Assembly: GCA_002269645.1 (NCBI GenBank)
Contig: NIVC01000105.1
Coordinates: forward strand, 845,992 to 909,991
Reading direction: 5' to 3'
Length of the DNA: 64,000 nt
DNA from: Macrostomum lignano
Taxonomy: Eukaryota
Part shown: piece by piece, positions 10,703-22,886 of the stretch
Layout of the letters: each line of letters begins with the position of its first letter
Numbering within the stretch: position 1 is the stretch's first letter
Notes under the pieces: generated by a model
Databases searched by the model: none
The model's input: the letters and a program-made list of their open reading frames with translations, nothing else
What the model was told of the DNA's origin: nothing
Program-made: the position numbers and the translations under genes

Positions 10703-11431
10703 TTAGTTGCTGAACTTCACCCAGTCGTCGCTGGTCTCAATCGACTCCTCAACTGGGGTGTCGGTGAACTGCAGCAGGCGGCACAGCTTCAGCTTGCTGT
10801 TGTACAGCACGTGTCTGCAGCTGCCCGACCTCGTGGCGGCCGCGGTGCACTTGATTGCATTGCCCACCTGCATCAGATCTTTGTAGCAGTACTCGGAACT
10901 GGGATTGTAGCTGGTTCGCTTGAACGGCGTCTTCTGCCAGGAGGTCGCAGCCGATGTCGGAGGTGCTGCACCCGGAGCCCATTCGCAGGCATAGCCTAGC
11001 CGAGCAGAGCACAGGTAATTAGCGAGAAGGCCTCCGTCTTTGAGCAGTACGCAATTTTCAGAGGCCGGTCCGTTGGGCTCGGTTCCTTGCCACATCGACT
11101 CGTTCAGTGGCAGGATGCCGTTGCCGTTGATCAGCTGCCAGCCCGACCTGCTTGAGTCTCTCTCGTCAGCCATATCAGTCACTCCAAGCCACAGGAGGCA
11201 GCCGGGAGAGCTGCTCACACCGGGCATGCTGGTGAGCAGCTTCAACGAGCTGTAGGAGTTGATGAGCTCGCCTCCGATGTCTGCACACCGCCTGGCCGCA
11301 GAGCACCAGGTGTGAGCCATCCGACTGTCAATGAAGACGCACCGGCCCGCCTGGAGACTGAATGGAGCCAGGCAAGCCAGCACCGTCACAAGCAGTGATG
11401 AACCTAGCAACAGGAGCCTCTGTGGCAGCAT
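10703..11431 (-). CDS. Secreted C-type lectin with C-terminal PAN/apple-like domain (paralogue 2), intronless, 242 aa
   Basis: Same architecture as 7297-8037, with long nucleotide-identical blocks. Confidence 0.9.
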   Translation of the reverse strand: MLPQRLLLLGSSLLVTVLACLAPFSLQAGRCVFIDSRMAHTWCSAARRCADIGGELINSYSSLKLLTSMPGVSSSPGCLLWLGVTDMADERDSSRSGWQLINGNGILPLNESMWQGTEPNGPASENCVLLKDGGLLANYLCSARLGYACEWAPGAAPPTSAATSWQKTPFKRTSYNPSSEYCYKDLMQVGNAIKCTAAATRSGSCRHVLYNSKLKLCRLLQFTDTPVEESIETSDDWVKFSN

Positions 11432-12804
11432 ATTCAGACTGAGATCGAGACGATTATGGGGAATCTGGATTGTCCCAGTCTCAACTTAAAAGCTTTTCTA
11501 GTTAAGCTATCTCTATATATGCTCAAGGAGAAAAGGTTCACTTTTGCAATTTTTTGCAAAGAGAAGCAGAGGCTCAGTTTATCTTCTGTATTGGCTTTTG
11601 CAGCAGTTCATTTTTGTTTCTTTTGTTTAAAAGCTCCTGTCAATCTTTCCTGTTTGGTTTTGTTCAATCCAAACGGCTTTGGTTAAAAAAGCATCGCTTT
11701 TTTTCGCTTTTAAAATCTTGAAAAAGTATCTCTGCATCAAGTCTGACAGCCTGCAGACTTTAAATTCCAGGGAGTTGATTTCTGATTTGAGCATACACAT
11801 GTATTATGGCTGCCTCTGAGTGTTGTTTAAACGAAACGCAAAATACGGAAGCGACATTTTTACGCCCGTAACTTTTGTTTCTAATTAAATTTGAAATAGA
11901 ATTAACCTTATTGCAGTGAAAATTTACTCAATTTGAAAAATCCAAAAGCAAAAATTTTCAGGTCTCAAGCGGCGGTATATGCACTACACTGCATTTATAG
12001 TTGTATATCTTTATTTTTTGAAGCCACTTTTGTCAAGCATTATAACAAGTCATATTAGTTAATTTCATGCAAGGCAGACTGAAGTATTAAGATATGCCAT
12101 TTCAACCATAAAAATTCTATATAAATTTCTGTCTCCAATTACGATGATAAATAACTGTAGCATAGTGTAGTTAGTGTCCACAAGATTGAATTGCTTTCAT
12201 AACATGATAAAATATTTGATCAATTTTTTGAATAAAACGAACATGCTGTCCATGCGATGCGGTAATAAAGCATTTGACTTTGCGCGAAAACTTTCAGCAG
12301 TAGTTAAAAAACATGTCATTATTTGTTTTAATTAACATGCGTGCATAATATACGATATTTGAAAAAAATACATCACGTAGACAAACTACGAGCGTAGAAA
12401 ACCGTAGAAAAATGAAACAAGTTACGTTTCAGTATATAATACTGGACTGATTTCAATATTTTAATGAAAGATACCAACGCCAAAAAAACCTATTCTGACA
12501 GTCAAAATCTTTCAGAATAAATAAGGGTGAAAAAATCGAGAAACAAACAAACTAGAATTTAATTAACAATGAAGATGATAGAGCCGATTATAGCGATTAA
12601 TTAAAACAACTTTTACCCAATGACCACTCGAGTTTGTAGAAGGAACCAAAAGATTTCTCAGTAAATCTCAGGGACCTGGATTTAATAATTGGTAATTTAA
12701 ATAAATGTTTATAATTATTCCAAGTGATGGCCTTTTATGTAAAGTATTTTTAATCAGTGACTTTCTTGTACTTTTCAAGTTTGTAAAATAAAATTTCTAG
12801 ATTA

Positions 12805-12810
12805 TTTATT
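12805..12810 (-). promoter_or_regulatory. Candidate polyadenylation signal of the TRIM gene
   Basis: TTTATT on + (AATAAA on -) ~330 nt past the stop; motif only. Confidence 0.3.
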
Positions 12811-13142
12811 TTATATTAGAAATACTACAGGTACACTTAAAGGACAGATCATGGTTTTTAGCTCATTGGTTTTCCTTGGCTTAAATTCTGCTCATGTGAT
12901 TTTGGATATGCGGACTATAGCTAACGTGTAAAAACTTCTATTGGTTCCTAACGCTTCCATTGAAAAGCATTGCTTTTAGAGTTTTTTTTTATTTTAGACT
13001 TTTGAATCGAGCTTTGCAAAAACTCTGTGATCTTGCTAGACTTTCTAAGAAACGAAGCCTCCCAACCACCTTCTACCGGAGCCGTACTTGGCTTAAGCCG
13101 GGCCAAACTGATGATCGTTTTTTCCAATGTGAACCACTGCAA

Positions 13143-13710
13143 CTACAGATCCGTGACTCCGGGGTAGCCTCCGCCGCCCCCACCTCCACCGCCGAATTCA
13201 TCGAGGCTGGCCGCCCCCATCATGCGCCTGTGGTGCCGCCTTCGATTGAAAAAGCCGCTCTGCTGCTGCTGCTGCTGCTGCTGGTCTGCGTCTTCGAGGT
13301 TCACTTGCTGCGGCTGCTGCTGCTGCTGCTGCGGCGACTGCGGAACTGCCTGCTGTGGTTGTTGCTGTTGCTGCTGCTGCTGCTGAGCAGCTCTCGAGGC
13401 CATCCTCGACGTGTTCACTCCGCGATCTTCACGTTCCACTGGCACCGTAGCCGACTCCTGATCTCGAAGCTCCTTAGCAACAGTCTGCGTCTCGGCGCTG
13501 ACCATCTCCGCTGAGCTAGCGGCGGAGGCGGCGGCCGCCGCAGCCACCGCTGAAATCGCGGAGCCGAACTGGCCGACGTCGCGAGTGGGCGTGAAGTCCA
13601 CCATCATGCAGGACTCGCGCAGGAAGTCCACCGGCTCGGTTTGAACTTCGACGCTTTCAGTGTCCTCGTTGCCGCCAACAGTGTCCATGCTGCTGGTGAG
13701 CGAGGAGTAG
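13143..13710 (-). CDS. TRIM gene terminal exon: disordered Gln/Ala/Gly-rich tail
   Basis: gccag acceptor gives the required phase 2; open to TAG at 13143; an in-frame stop further upstream forces the acceptor into this interval. Confidence 0.7.
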
Positions 13711-13784
13711 CTGGCGGCGGCAGGGGCGGCGGTTTTGTGGTTAAATGCTCACTTTGTTTTGGGCGTCGAGTCGTCTGTACTCAC

Positions 13785-13847
13785 TCCAAAACACGCTCTA
13801 GACATTCATAAGCGCGTCTGGTTACGCCTGTCCACTCTGAAGCACAT
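13785..13847 (-). CDS. TRIM gene probable 63-nt exon (CASEWTGVTRRAYECLERVL)
   Basis: atcag acceptor, gtgagt donor, phase 2/2, no stop; followed by a 74-nt intron. Confidence 0.5.
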
Positions 13848-13879
13848 CTGATCACTTTGAGATAAATAAGCGAGCCCTC

Positions 13880-14742
13880 TGAAGCCTAATGAGCACTCTG
13901 AAGCTTAATTGAGCACTCTGATGCCTGATTGAGCACTCTGATGCCTAATTGATCACTCTGATGCCTAATTGATCACTCTGATGCCTAATTGATCACTCTG
14001 AAGCTTAATTGATCACTCTGAAGCTTAATTGAGCACTCTGATGCCTGATTGAGCACTCTGAAGCTTAATTGAGCACTCTGAAGCTTAATTGATCACTCTG
14101 AAGCTTAATTGAGCACTCTGAAGCTTAATTGATCACTCTGATGCCTAATTGAGCACTCTGAAGCTTAATTGATCACTCTGATGCCTAATTGATCACTCTG
14201 ATGCCTAATTGATCACTCTGATGCCTAATTGATCACTCTGAAGCTTAATTGATCACTCTGAAGCTTAATTGATCACTCTGAAGCTTAATTGAGCACTCTG
14301 AAGCTTAATTGAGCACTCTGATGCCTAATTGATCACTCTGAAGCTTAATTGATCACTCTGAAGCTTAATTGATCACTCTGAAGCTTAATTGAGCACTCTG
14401 ATGCCTGATTGAGCACTCTGAAGCCAAATTGATCACTCTGATGCCTAATTGATCACTCTGAAGCTTAATTGATCACTCTGAAGCTTAATTGATCACTCTG
14501 AAGCTTAATTGATCACTCTGAAGCTTAATTGATCACTCTGAAGCTTAATTGATCACTCTGAAGCTTAATTGATCACTCTGATGCCTAATTGATCACTCTG
14601 AAGCTTAATTGAGCACTCTGATGCCTAATTGAGCACTCTGAAGCCTAATTGAGCACTCTGAAGCCAAATTGATCACTCTGATGCTTAATTGAGCACTCTG
14701 AAGCCTAATTGAACACTCTGAAGCCTAATTGAACACTCTGAA
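13880..14742. repeat. Intronic minisatellite, 20-bp unit (gagcactctgaagcttaatt)
   Basis: Tandem periodicity. Confidence 0.95.
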
Positions 14743-14800
14743 GCACACAGTCTTAACAGAGCCCAATTAAGCGACTTTTAAACTTTTCCCAACCGCTCAC

Positions 14801-15150
14801 CTGGAATTCGAAACGATACAGCTGCGAAATTTACTGGCATTCGGCTTGTCCATGTCCTGTATGGAGCCCAGCTCGATGTGCCCAGGCAGAAAGCGAATCT
14901 CCTTGCTCATGGTCTTGGGCAGGTCAAGGTCCATGGCCGAGGACAGCGAGGACAATTTCTCCTGTACTTCCTTCTTTAACAGAAGCAGTTCGATATCTTT
15001 GCCTTGCAGAACCATTTCTGTCAGAGCGCAGGTGCTTTTCAAGGTGGACAGAGCGGACTGCAGGTCGGCCTTCCTGCCGATCACCTCCATGGTCTGCTTG
15101 CCGTACAGGTTGTGAATCTCGTCAATCAGCTGCTTCTCCCGCTGACGGAT
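14801..15150 (-). CDS. TRIM gene exon: coiled-coil (BBC) region
   Basis: ttgcag acceptor, gtgagc donor; [15 protein letters not shown]... continues the preceding exon in phase 0. Confidence 0.85.
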
Positions 15151-15207
15151 CTGCAAAGATATTGGGGAGTTCGAAAGTTATGGCTAAATATGATTTTTCA
15201 CGGTCAA

Positions 15208-15619
<412 letters not shown>

Positions 15620-15655
15620 AGCGCCAAACAAAGATTTAGATCAACAAAGACCTAC

Positions 15656-16518
15656 ATCAGAGATAAACTCGATGGCGAGCTCGCGAATTTTCTGCTCAGC
15701 CTCCGTAATCTGCCGCTCAGTGCCCGCCACTCGCTCGACGTACTTTTCATAGACTTCAATTTTACTTTTGCAATCTACCAGAATGCCTTCGATATCGGCC
15801 TTGTACTTGACAACGGCCTCGCTAAAGTTGGACACCTCGTGGTCTTTGTGCTCGTTGAATGTGCAGATGATGCAGATGCAGGCTTGGCAGGGCTCGCAGT
15901 AGAATCGAACCACCTCATCTTCGTGCTCCTTGCAGATGACGTCTTTCTCAGTCTCAACGTCAAATATCGAATGGTCCCTGGTCACCTTGGTCTCCTTGTG
16001 CTGCTCAACGCACGACGAGCATAGAAGCTTGTTGCAGTCCAGACACTTACTAGCGGCGTCCTTGAGCTTCTTGGCCACGGTCTTGCAGATGTCGCAGTTG
16101 GCCGTGCCGGACACTTTCTGCCTGTCCATCGTGTCGGAGAGGTTGGAGATTAAGAAATTGTCTGGCAGCTTCTTAGCGCCTCCAAGCGGCAGTTGAGTCC
16201 GCTTCCTGCACAGCGGACAGGTGAACTCCCTGTAGTCCGAGTACTTCTTGTAGGCCGCCTCCGAGGCGATGTGGTTCTCGATGCACACCTCGCAGAAAGT
16301 GTGCAAACAGGCCAAGCATTTCGGCGTCTTGAACGGCTCCATGCAGATTTTGCACACCAGAAATTCGTCGTGAATTTCTTGGACTAACTTGCCGGCGGAG
16401 CCGACAGGGACCGACATGATTGGCGAGGGACTGAACCGGGAGCCGCCGCTTGCTGCCGACTTGCCACTGGAGTGGTCGATCACGCTCTTGGACCGGACCT
16501 TCTCTTCGCCAGTTGCGT
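15656..16518 (-). CDS. TRIM gene exon: RING finger, B-box 1, B-box 2, start of coiled coil (TRIM E3 ubiquitin ligase)
   Basis: CKIC...CLHTFCEVC...CPLC RING; CDIC...CLDC...CSSC..H B-box1; CKEH...YCEPC...CIIC...H B-box2; gcag acceptor with ctaac branch motif; gtaggt donor. Confidence 0.92.
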
Positions 16519-16544
16519 CTGCCCGGATGGACAGGGGAGTTAGG

Positions 16545-16961
16545 GTTCTTTATAGGGGAATTAGGGCTCTTTGAGGGGAATTAGGGCTCTTCACAGGGGA
16601 ATTAAGGCTGTTTACAGGGAAATTAGAAGCTAGCTTCAGGGGAATCAGGTGCTAGCTTCAGGGGAATCAGGTGCTAGCTTCAGGGGAATGAGGTGCTAGC
16701 TTCAGGGGAATGCGGTGCTAGCTTCAGGGGAATGAGGTGCTAGCTTCAGGGGAATGAGGTGCTAGCTTCAGGGGAATGAGGTGCTAGCTTCAGGGGAATG
16801 AGGTGCTAGCTTCAGGGGAATGCGGTGCTAGCTTCAGGGGAATGAGGTGCTAGCTTCAGGGGAATGCGGTGCTAGCTTCAGGGGAATGAGGTGCTAGCTT
16901 CAGGGGAATGCGGTGCTAGCTTCAGGGGAATGCGGTGCTAGCTTCAGGGGAATGAGGTGCT
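16545..16961. repeat. Intronic minisatellite, 22-bp unit (gctagcttcaggggaatgaggt)
   Basis: Tandem periodicity. Confidence 0.95.
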
Positions 16962-17012
16962 GTTACTAAGGCTGGCATAGTAACAAATTAATCGAACACA
17001 AAAGCCACTCAC

Positions 17013-17052
17013 TCTGATTCCTAAAAGCCAATCTGCTAGAAATGCTGGACAT
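17013..17052 (-). CDS. TRIM gene probable first coding exon (MSSISSRLAFRNQ)
   Basis: ATG at 17052, 40 nt then gtgagt donor; phase 1 matches the acceptor at 16518. An internal ATG at 16417 is an alternative start. Confidence 0.55.
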
Positions 17053-17904
17053 TCTTAAAAATTTGACACGAGAAAGACGATCGGCGAGCTGTCAGACCGG
17101 CAAGCAATCAATTATCATTAGTCTAATTAACGCTGAGATATCGAAAAAAAGCTGGTTCGAAATATGTGAGAGCTACAGCAGACAACTTCTGGGGCCAACC
17201 TGAGGCATTCAAGTCGTGCGCGTCTTTTTAATCCTACCTCCATCTGGGCTGGAATAGAAATCTGCCATGAACCCATGGAGTTTTAGAGCTAATAGATATC
17301 TGGACTGGAAACTACTTAGATAAGAATTGTTAAAATTTTCCCGCAAACAAATCTGGACTTTGGCTGAATTTCAGTCCTCTTTCTAACTGATAACATTGAG
17401 AAACGGATACGAAAAAATGATTAGAATTTTTCTAAATGAAAATAATTATTTGATTCGAAAACTCCAGATGTTAGATTTAGTAGTCCTAGACCCAATAGAC
17501 CCCACACCCGCTGTTCCCTTTGCTTTCGCTTCTTCCCAACTGTACGCTTCTGCCTGCCTCCCTCCTTTCGCCTGTTTGGAACCTTCAACGAAAGCGTTTC
17601 CTCCTTCCTTTGCTGTTTTGCCTGTCCGAGAGGGTCAGGCCAGGCAAATGGATTGAATCGAATGCTGCGCCACATGGACTTCTGGGACTGCGGCGATCTG
17701 GATTGGAAGGCAAAGACGACAGCTTTAACCGATAAAAAATGATAAACAAACTTTGTAGCAGTGCACTGGAAGGTCGAACTTAAAGTTGCAGTTAAAAGAA
17801 ATTAGAAAGTAATTCAAAGAACATTATGCACTTTTTTATTTGATCTAAAATATACTCTGCCGAGCTGACAAAGACTAAAGTGCCTCATGAACCATAACGG
17901 CGCC

Positions 17905-19080
17905 TTATTTTTATCATGGCGGCGCCTGATTTTATCTACCATAGTGGCGCCTCATTTTATCTATCATGGTGGCGCCTCATTTATCATGTTGGCGCCTCAT
18001 TTTATCTATCATTGTGGTGAATCATTTATCATGTTGGCGCCTCATTTTATCTATCATTGTGGTGAATCATTTATCATGTTGGCGCCTCATTTTATCTATC
18101 ATGTTGGTGAATCATTTATCATTTTGGCGCCTCATTTTATCTATCATGTTGGTGAATCATTTATCATTTTGGCGCCTCATTTTATCTATCATGGTGGCGC
18201 CTCATTTTATCTATCATGGTGGTGAATTATTTATCATTTTGGCGCCTCATTTTATCTATCATTGTGGTAAATCATTTATCATGTTGGCGCCTCATTTTAT
18301 CTATCATGGTGGCGCCTCATTTTATCTATCATGGTGGCGCCTCATTTATCATGGTGGCGCCTCATTTTATCTATCATGGTGGTGAATCATTTATCATGGT
18401 GGCGCCTCATTTTATCTATCATGGTGGCGCCTCATTTTATCTATCATTGTGGTGAATCATTTATCATGGTGGCGCCTCATTTTATCTATCATTGTGGTGA
18501 ATCATTTATCATGGTGGCGCCTCATTTTATCTATCATGGTGGCGCCTCATTTTATCTATCATTGTGGTGAATCATTTATCATGGTGGCGCCTCATTTTAT
18601 CTATCATTGTGGTGAATCATTTATCATGGTGGCGCCTCATTTTATCTATCATGGTGGTAAATCATTTATCATGGTGGCGTCTCATTTTATCTATCATGGT
18701 GGTAAATCATTTATCATGGTGGCGCCTCATTTTATCTATAATTGTGGTGAATCATTTATCATGGTGGCGCCTCATTTTATCTATCATGGTGGTAAATCAT
18801 TTATCATGGTGGCGCCTCATTTTATCTATCATGGTGGTAAATCATTTATCATGGTGGCGCCTCATTTTATCTATCATGGTGGTAAATCATTTATCATGGT
18901 GGCGCCTCATTTTATCTATCATGGTGGTGAATCATTTTATCTATCATGGTGGTGAATCATTTATCATGTTGGCGCCTCATTTTATCTATCATGGTGGCGC
19001 CTCATTTATCATGGCGCTCCTCATTTTATCGAAATTGCGCCTCATTTTATTACAATGGCACCTCTGTTTATCTATCATGG
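17905..19080. repeat. Composite minisatellite (25-bp ggtggcgcctcattttatctatcat and 20-bp subunits, ~45-bp composite)
   Basis: Tandem periodicity. Confidence 0.93.
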
Positions 19081-19724
19081 CGGTGTCTTATTTATTGAAT
19101 TCTAGTTTAGCAAAAGTTCAACATATGTTCGACCGCCTACAAACGCAGTCTTCAAACCAAAGTTCACCAGTCCACTAAATCCTCAAGGATGTCCATGAAA
19201 TCCTCGACCGCGTGTACACTACGCAGGCCCACTGTACACTGCATGCACAGCGTTACCCCATGGAGTAATTTGCAATTTGCCAACGGACTGCTTAGCTTAA
19301 AGACCGCGAAGTCCTTCCACACTGGCATAAAATAGCTCGCAATACTCGTATGCATAGTTATTCACCCTTACCTATCCCCAGTAGATCTCTTAGGTACGTA
19401 CTTAAAACTTACTGTGGCCACACTCCGAGGCCCAGTCACCTGCATGACGCATTTTTTGACGTCTGGGAACCAGCCAGGGCTCTGTCCAAAAATGGAAGCA
19501 TGTGTAGCCGGCTTGATGGAGACTGCGTGGGTGCATCTGAGGGTCGAGCTGTGTTCGGTAGAGACTGCACAACTGCTGAGGGGATGTGTACTACGTAATG
19601 ACCAAATGAGCGACTGGGAAAATCGATAGAGAGAGTGACGAGAGCAGTGTGACAAATAAAGGGACTTTAAGTGACTTAGATTTACATGTACGTAGAAGAG
19701 TGACAAAGAATCAATCAGAGAGTG

Positions 19725-21002
19725 ACTACAAGAGTGAAATCAGAGAGTGACTAGAAGAGTGAAATCGGGGAGTGACTAGAAGAGTGAAATCGGGGAGTGA
19801 CTAGAAGAGTGAAATCGGGGAGTGACTACAAGAGTGAAATCGGGGAGTGACTAGAAGAGTGAAATCGGGGAGTGACTAGAAGAGTGAAATCGGGGAATGA
19901 CTAGAAGAGTGAAATCGGGGAGTGACTAAAAGAGTGAAATCGGAGAGTGACTACAAGAGTGAAATCGGGGAGTGACTAGAAGAGTGAAATCAGGGAGTGA
20001 CTAGAAAAATGAAATCTGAGAGTGACTAGAAGAGTAAAATCAGAGAGTGGCTAGAAGAGTGAATTCGGAGAGTGACTAGAAGAGTAAAATCAGAGAGTGG
20101 CTAGAAGAGTGAATTCGGAGAGTGACTAGAAGAGTGAAATCAGAGAGTGACTAGAAGAGTGAATTCGGAGAGTGACTAGAAGAGTGAATTCGGAGAGTGA
20201 CTAGAAGAGTGAAATCAGAGAGTGACTAGAAGAGTAACATCAGAGAGTGACTAGAAGAGTGAAATCAGAGAGTGACTAGAAGAGTGAAATCGGGGAGTGA
20301 CTAGAAGAGTGAAATCAGGAAGTGACTAGAAAAATGAAATCTGAGAGTGACTAGAAGAGTGAATTCGGAGAGTGACTAGAAGAGTGAAATCGGGGAGTGA
20401 CTAGAAGAGTAAAATCGGAGAGTGACTAGAAGAGTGAAATCGGGGAGTGACTAGAAGAGTGAAATCGGGGAGTGACTACAAGAGTGAAATCGGGGAGTGA
20501 CTAGAAGAGTGAAATCAGGGAGTGACTAGAAAAATGAAATCTGAGAGTGACTAGAAGAATGAAATCATAGAATGACTAGAAGAGTGAATTCGGAGAGTGA
20601 CTAGAAGAATGAAATCAGAGAGTGACTAGAAGAGTGAATTCGGAGAGTGACTAGAAGAATGAAATCAGAGAGTGACTAGAAGAGTGAATTCGGAGAGTGA
20701 CTAGAAGAGTGAAATCAGAGAGTGACTAGAAGAGTGAAATCGGGGAGTGACTAGAAGAGTGAAATCAGGGAGTGACTAGAAAAATGAAATCTGAGAGTGA
20801 CTAGAAGAGTGAATTCGGAGAGTGACTAGAAGAGTGAATTCGGAGAGTGACTAGAAGAGTGAAATCAGAGAGTGACTAGAAGAGTAAAATCAGAGAGTGA
20901 CTAGAAGAGTGAAATCAGAGAGTGACTAGAAGAGTGAAATCAGAGAGTGACTAGAAGAGTGAAATCGGGGAGTGACTAGAAGAGTGAAATCGGGGAGTGA
21001 CT
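19725..21002. repeat. Minisatellite, 25-bp unit (agtgactagaagagtgaaatcgggg)
   Basis: Tandem periodicity. Confidence 0.95.
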
Positions 21003-21477
21003 ATAGAAACAAAAAATGTACAGTGGAATGCTTCGCTCTCCCAGAGGAATAGGTAGAATATTTATCATTAGCTTGATTCTCTACTTTAAGTAGACGACAG
21101 GTAAAACAGAACTAAATCCTCGAGAAGTTAAATTTGAAGATTGAATATTGCAATGGAGATTGGCAGTCTCAGAGCGGGAATCTATTAGTGCTATATTATT
21201 CCCTGTGACTGCCAGCGCCCTTTACACTTGGCTTGTAGGCCATAGAAAAAAATCTGCAGTTGGCAATAACCGCAGAAATCTGACGAAACTGCAAACTGCC
21301 TGCTCCCAGAGAGGGAAGGAAGTAGCAGCAGCCCGAGTTTTCCAGTTTCCCATTTTCTTTCCAATTCATAAGCGCGATTTTCTCTCGCCTTGCTAATTTC
21401 CCTTTCTATCGTCAGCTATGCTGGGCTGAGCCAGCCCGCGTGATTGTTGAATAAAATACTTTAAGAATTTCGAGAGC

Positions 21478-22547
21478 AGAGGGGGGTAGAGAGGGAGGGT
21501 AGAGAGGGAGGGTAGAGAGGGAGGGTAGAGAGGGGGATGGTAGAGGGGGAGGGTAGAGGGGGAGGGTAGAGAGGGAGAGTAGAGAGGGGGGTAGAGAGGG
21601 AGAGTAGAGGGAGGTTACAGAGGGAGGGGAGAGAGAAGGAGGGTCGACATCCCCGAGTAAAGAGGGAGGGTAGAGAGGGAGAGTAGAGACGGAGGGTAGA
21701 GAGAGTGTAGAGACGGAGGGTAGAGAGGGAGAGTAGAGACGGAGGGTAGAGAGGGAGAGTAGAGACGGAGGGTAGAGAGAGTGTAGAGACGAAGGGTAGA
21801 GAGGGAGAGTAGAGAAGGAGGGTAGAAAGGGAGAGTAGAGACGGAGGGTAGAGAGGGAGAGTAGAGAAGGAGGGTAGAGAGGGAGAGTAGAGAAGGAGGG
21901 TAGAAAGGGAGAGTAGAGACGGAGGGTAGAGAGGGAGAGTAGAGACGGAGGATAGAGAGAGTGTAGAGACGGAGGGTAGAGAGGGAGAGTAGAGACGGAG
22001 GGTAGAGAGGGAGAGTAGAGGTAGAGACGGAGGATAGAGAGAGTGTAGAGACGGAGGGTAGAGAGGGAGAGTAGAGAAGGAGGGTAGAAAGGGAGAGTAG
22101 AGACGGAGGGTAGAGAGGGAGAGTAGAGAAGGAGGGTAGAGAGGGAGAGTAGAGAAGGAGGGTAGAAAGGGAGAGTAGAGACGGAGGGTAGAGAGGGAGA
22201 GTAGAGACGGAGGGTAGAGAGGGAGAGTAGAGACGGAGGATAGAGAGAGTGTAGAGACGGAGGGTAGAGAGAGTGTAGAGACGGAGGGTAGAGAGGGAGA
22301 GTAGAGACGGAGGATAGAGAGAGTGCAGAGACGGAGGGTAGAGAGGGAAGGTAGAGAGAAGGAGGGTAGAAAGGGAGAGTAGAGACGGAGGATAGAGAGG
22401 GAGAGTAGAGAAGGAGGGTAGAAAGGGAGAGTAGAGACGGAGGGTAGAGAGGGAGAGTAGAGACGGAGGGTAGAGAGAGTGTAGAGACGGAGGGTAGAGA
22501 GGGAAGGTAGAGAGAAGGAGGGTGGAAAAGGAGGGTAGAGAGAGGGA
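21478..22547. repeat. Purine-rich minisatellite, ~26-bp unit (gagggagagtagagacggagggtaga)
   Basis: Tandem periodicity. Confidence 0.93.
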
Positions 22548-22638
22548 TTGTTAAAGCCTCAGCCAGCGATAGAAAATCTGGCGTCATCAACCAAGAAGCT
22601 TCAGACTGCAACGCCGAAGTGACTGGTCACAGCATTAT

Positions 22639-22644
22639 TTATTG
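22639..22644 (-). promoter_or_regulatory. Candidate polyadenylation signal of the GPCR gene
   Basis: AATAAA on - strand ~240 nt after the stop; motif only. Confidence 0.35.
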
Positions 22645-22886
22645 TTTGTTCAATGCGTTTCTGTAAGTGGGTGCTGCAGCGGACTGGCAGCTGATCACAC
22701 TCCGTGCGAGTAGTCAGAGACAAAATATTTCGAGAAATGGTCAACACACAGAAAAAAACTGATAGTTTTCTTAATTTTTTCAACGAATATTTTCGTTAAG
22801 CCAAGAAACAAGACGAGTACACAATACAGTTCAGTTTTTTGTTAGAATCGACTGCTTTAAACTTGGACATTGATTAGCTTCACACC

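Noticed and set aside
12960-13514. + strand Leu-rich ORFs opposite poly-Gln exons (also 23442-23999, 44466-45050, 7246-7560)
   Set aside because: Antisense shadows of real minus-strand exons (CAG/CTG effect)
19164-19706. Short ORFs in the unique island between two arrays
   Set aside because: No recognisable domain or consistent coding splice phase; at most a non-coding exon
21478-21620. G-run cluster and the poly-G at ~50868-50882 as functional G-quadruplexes
   Set aside because: G-runs are a by-product of purine-rich repeats; nothing in the sequence supports function
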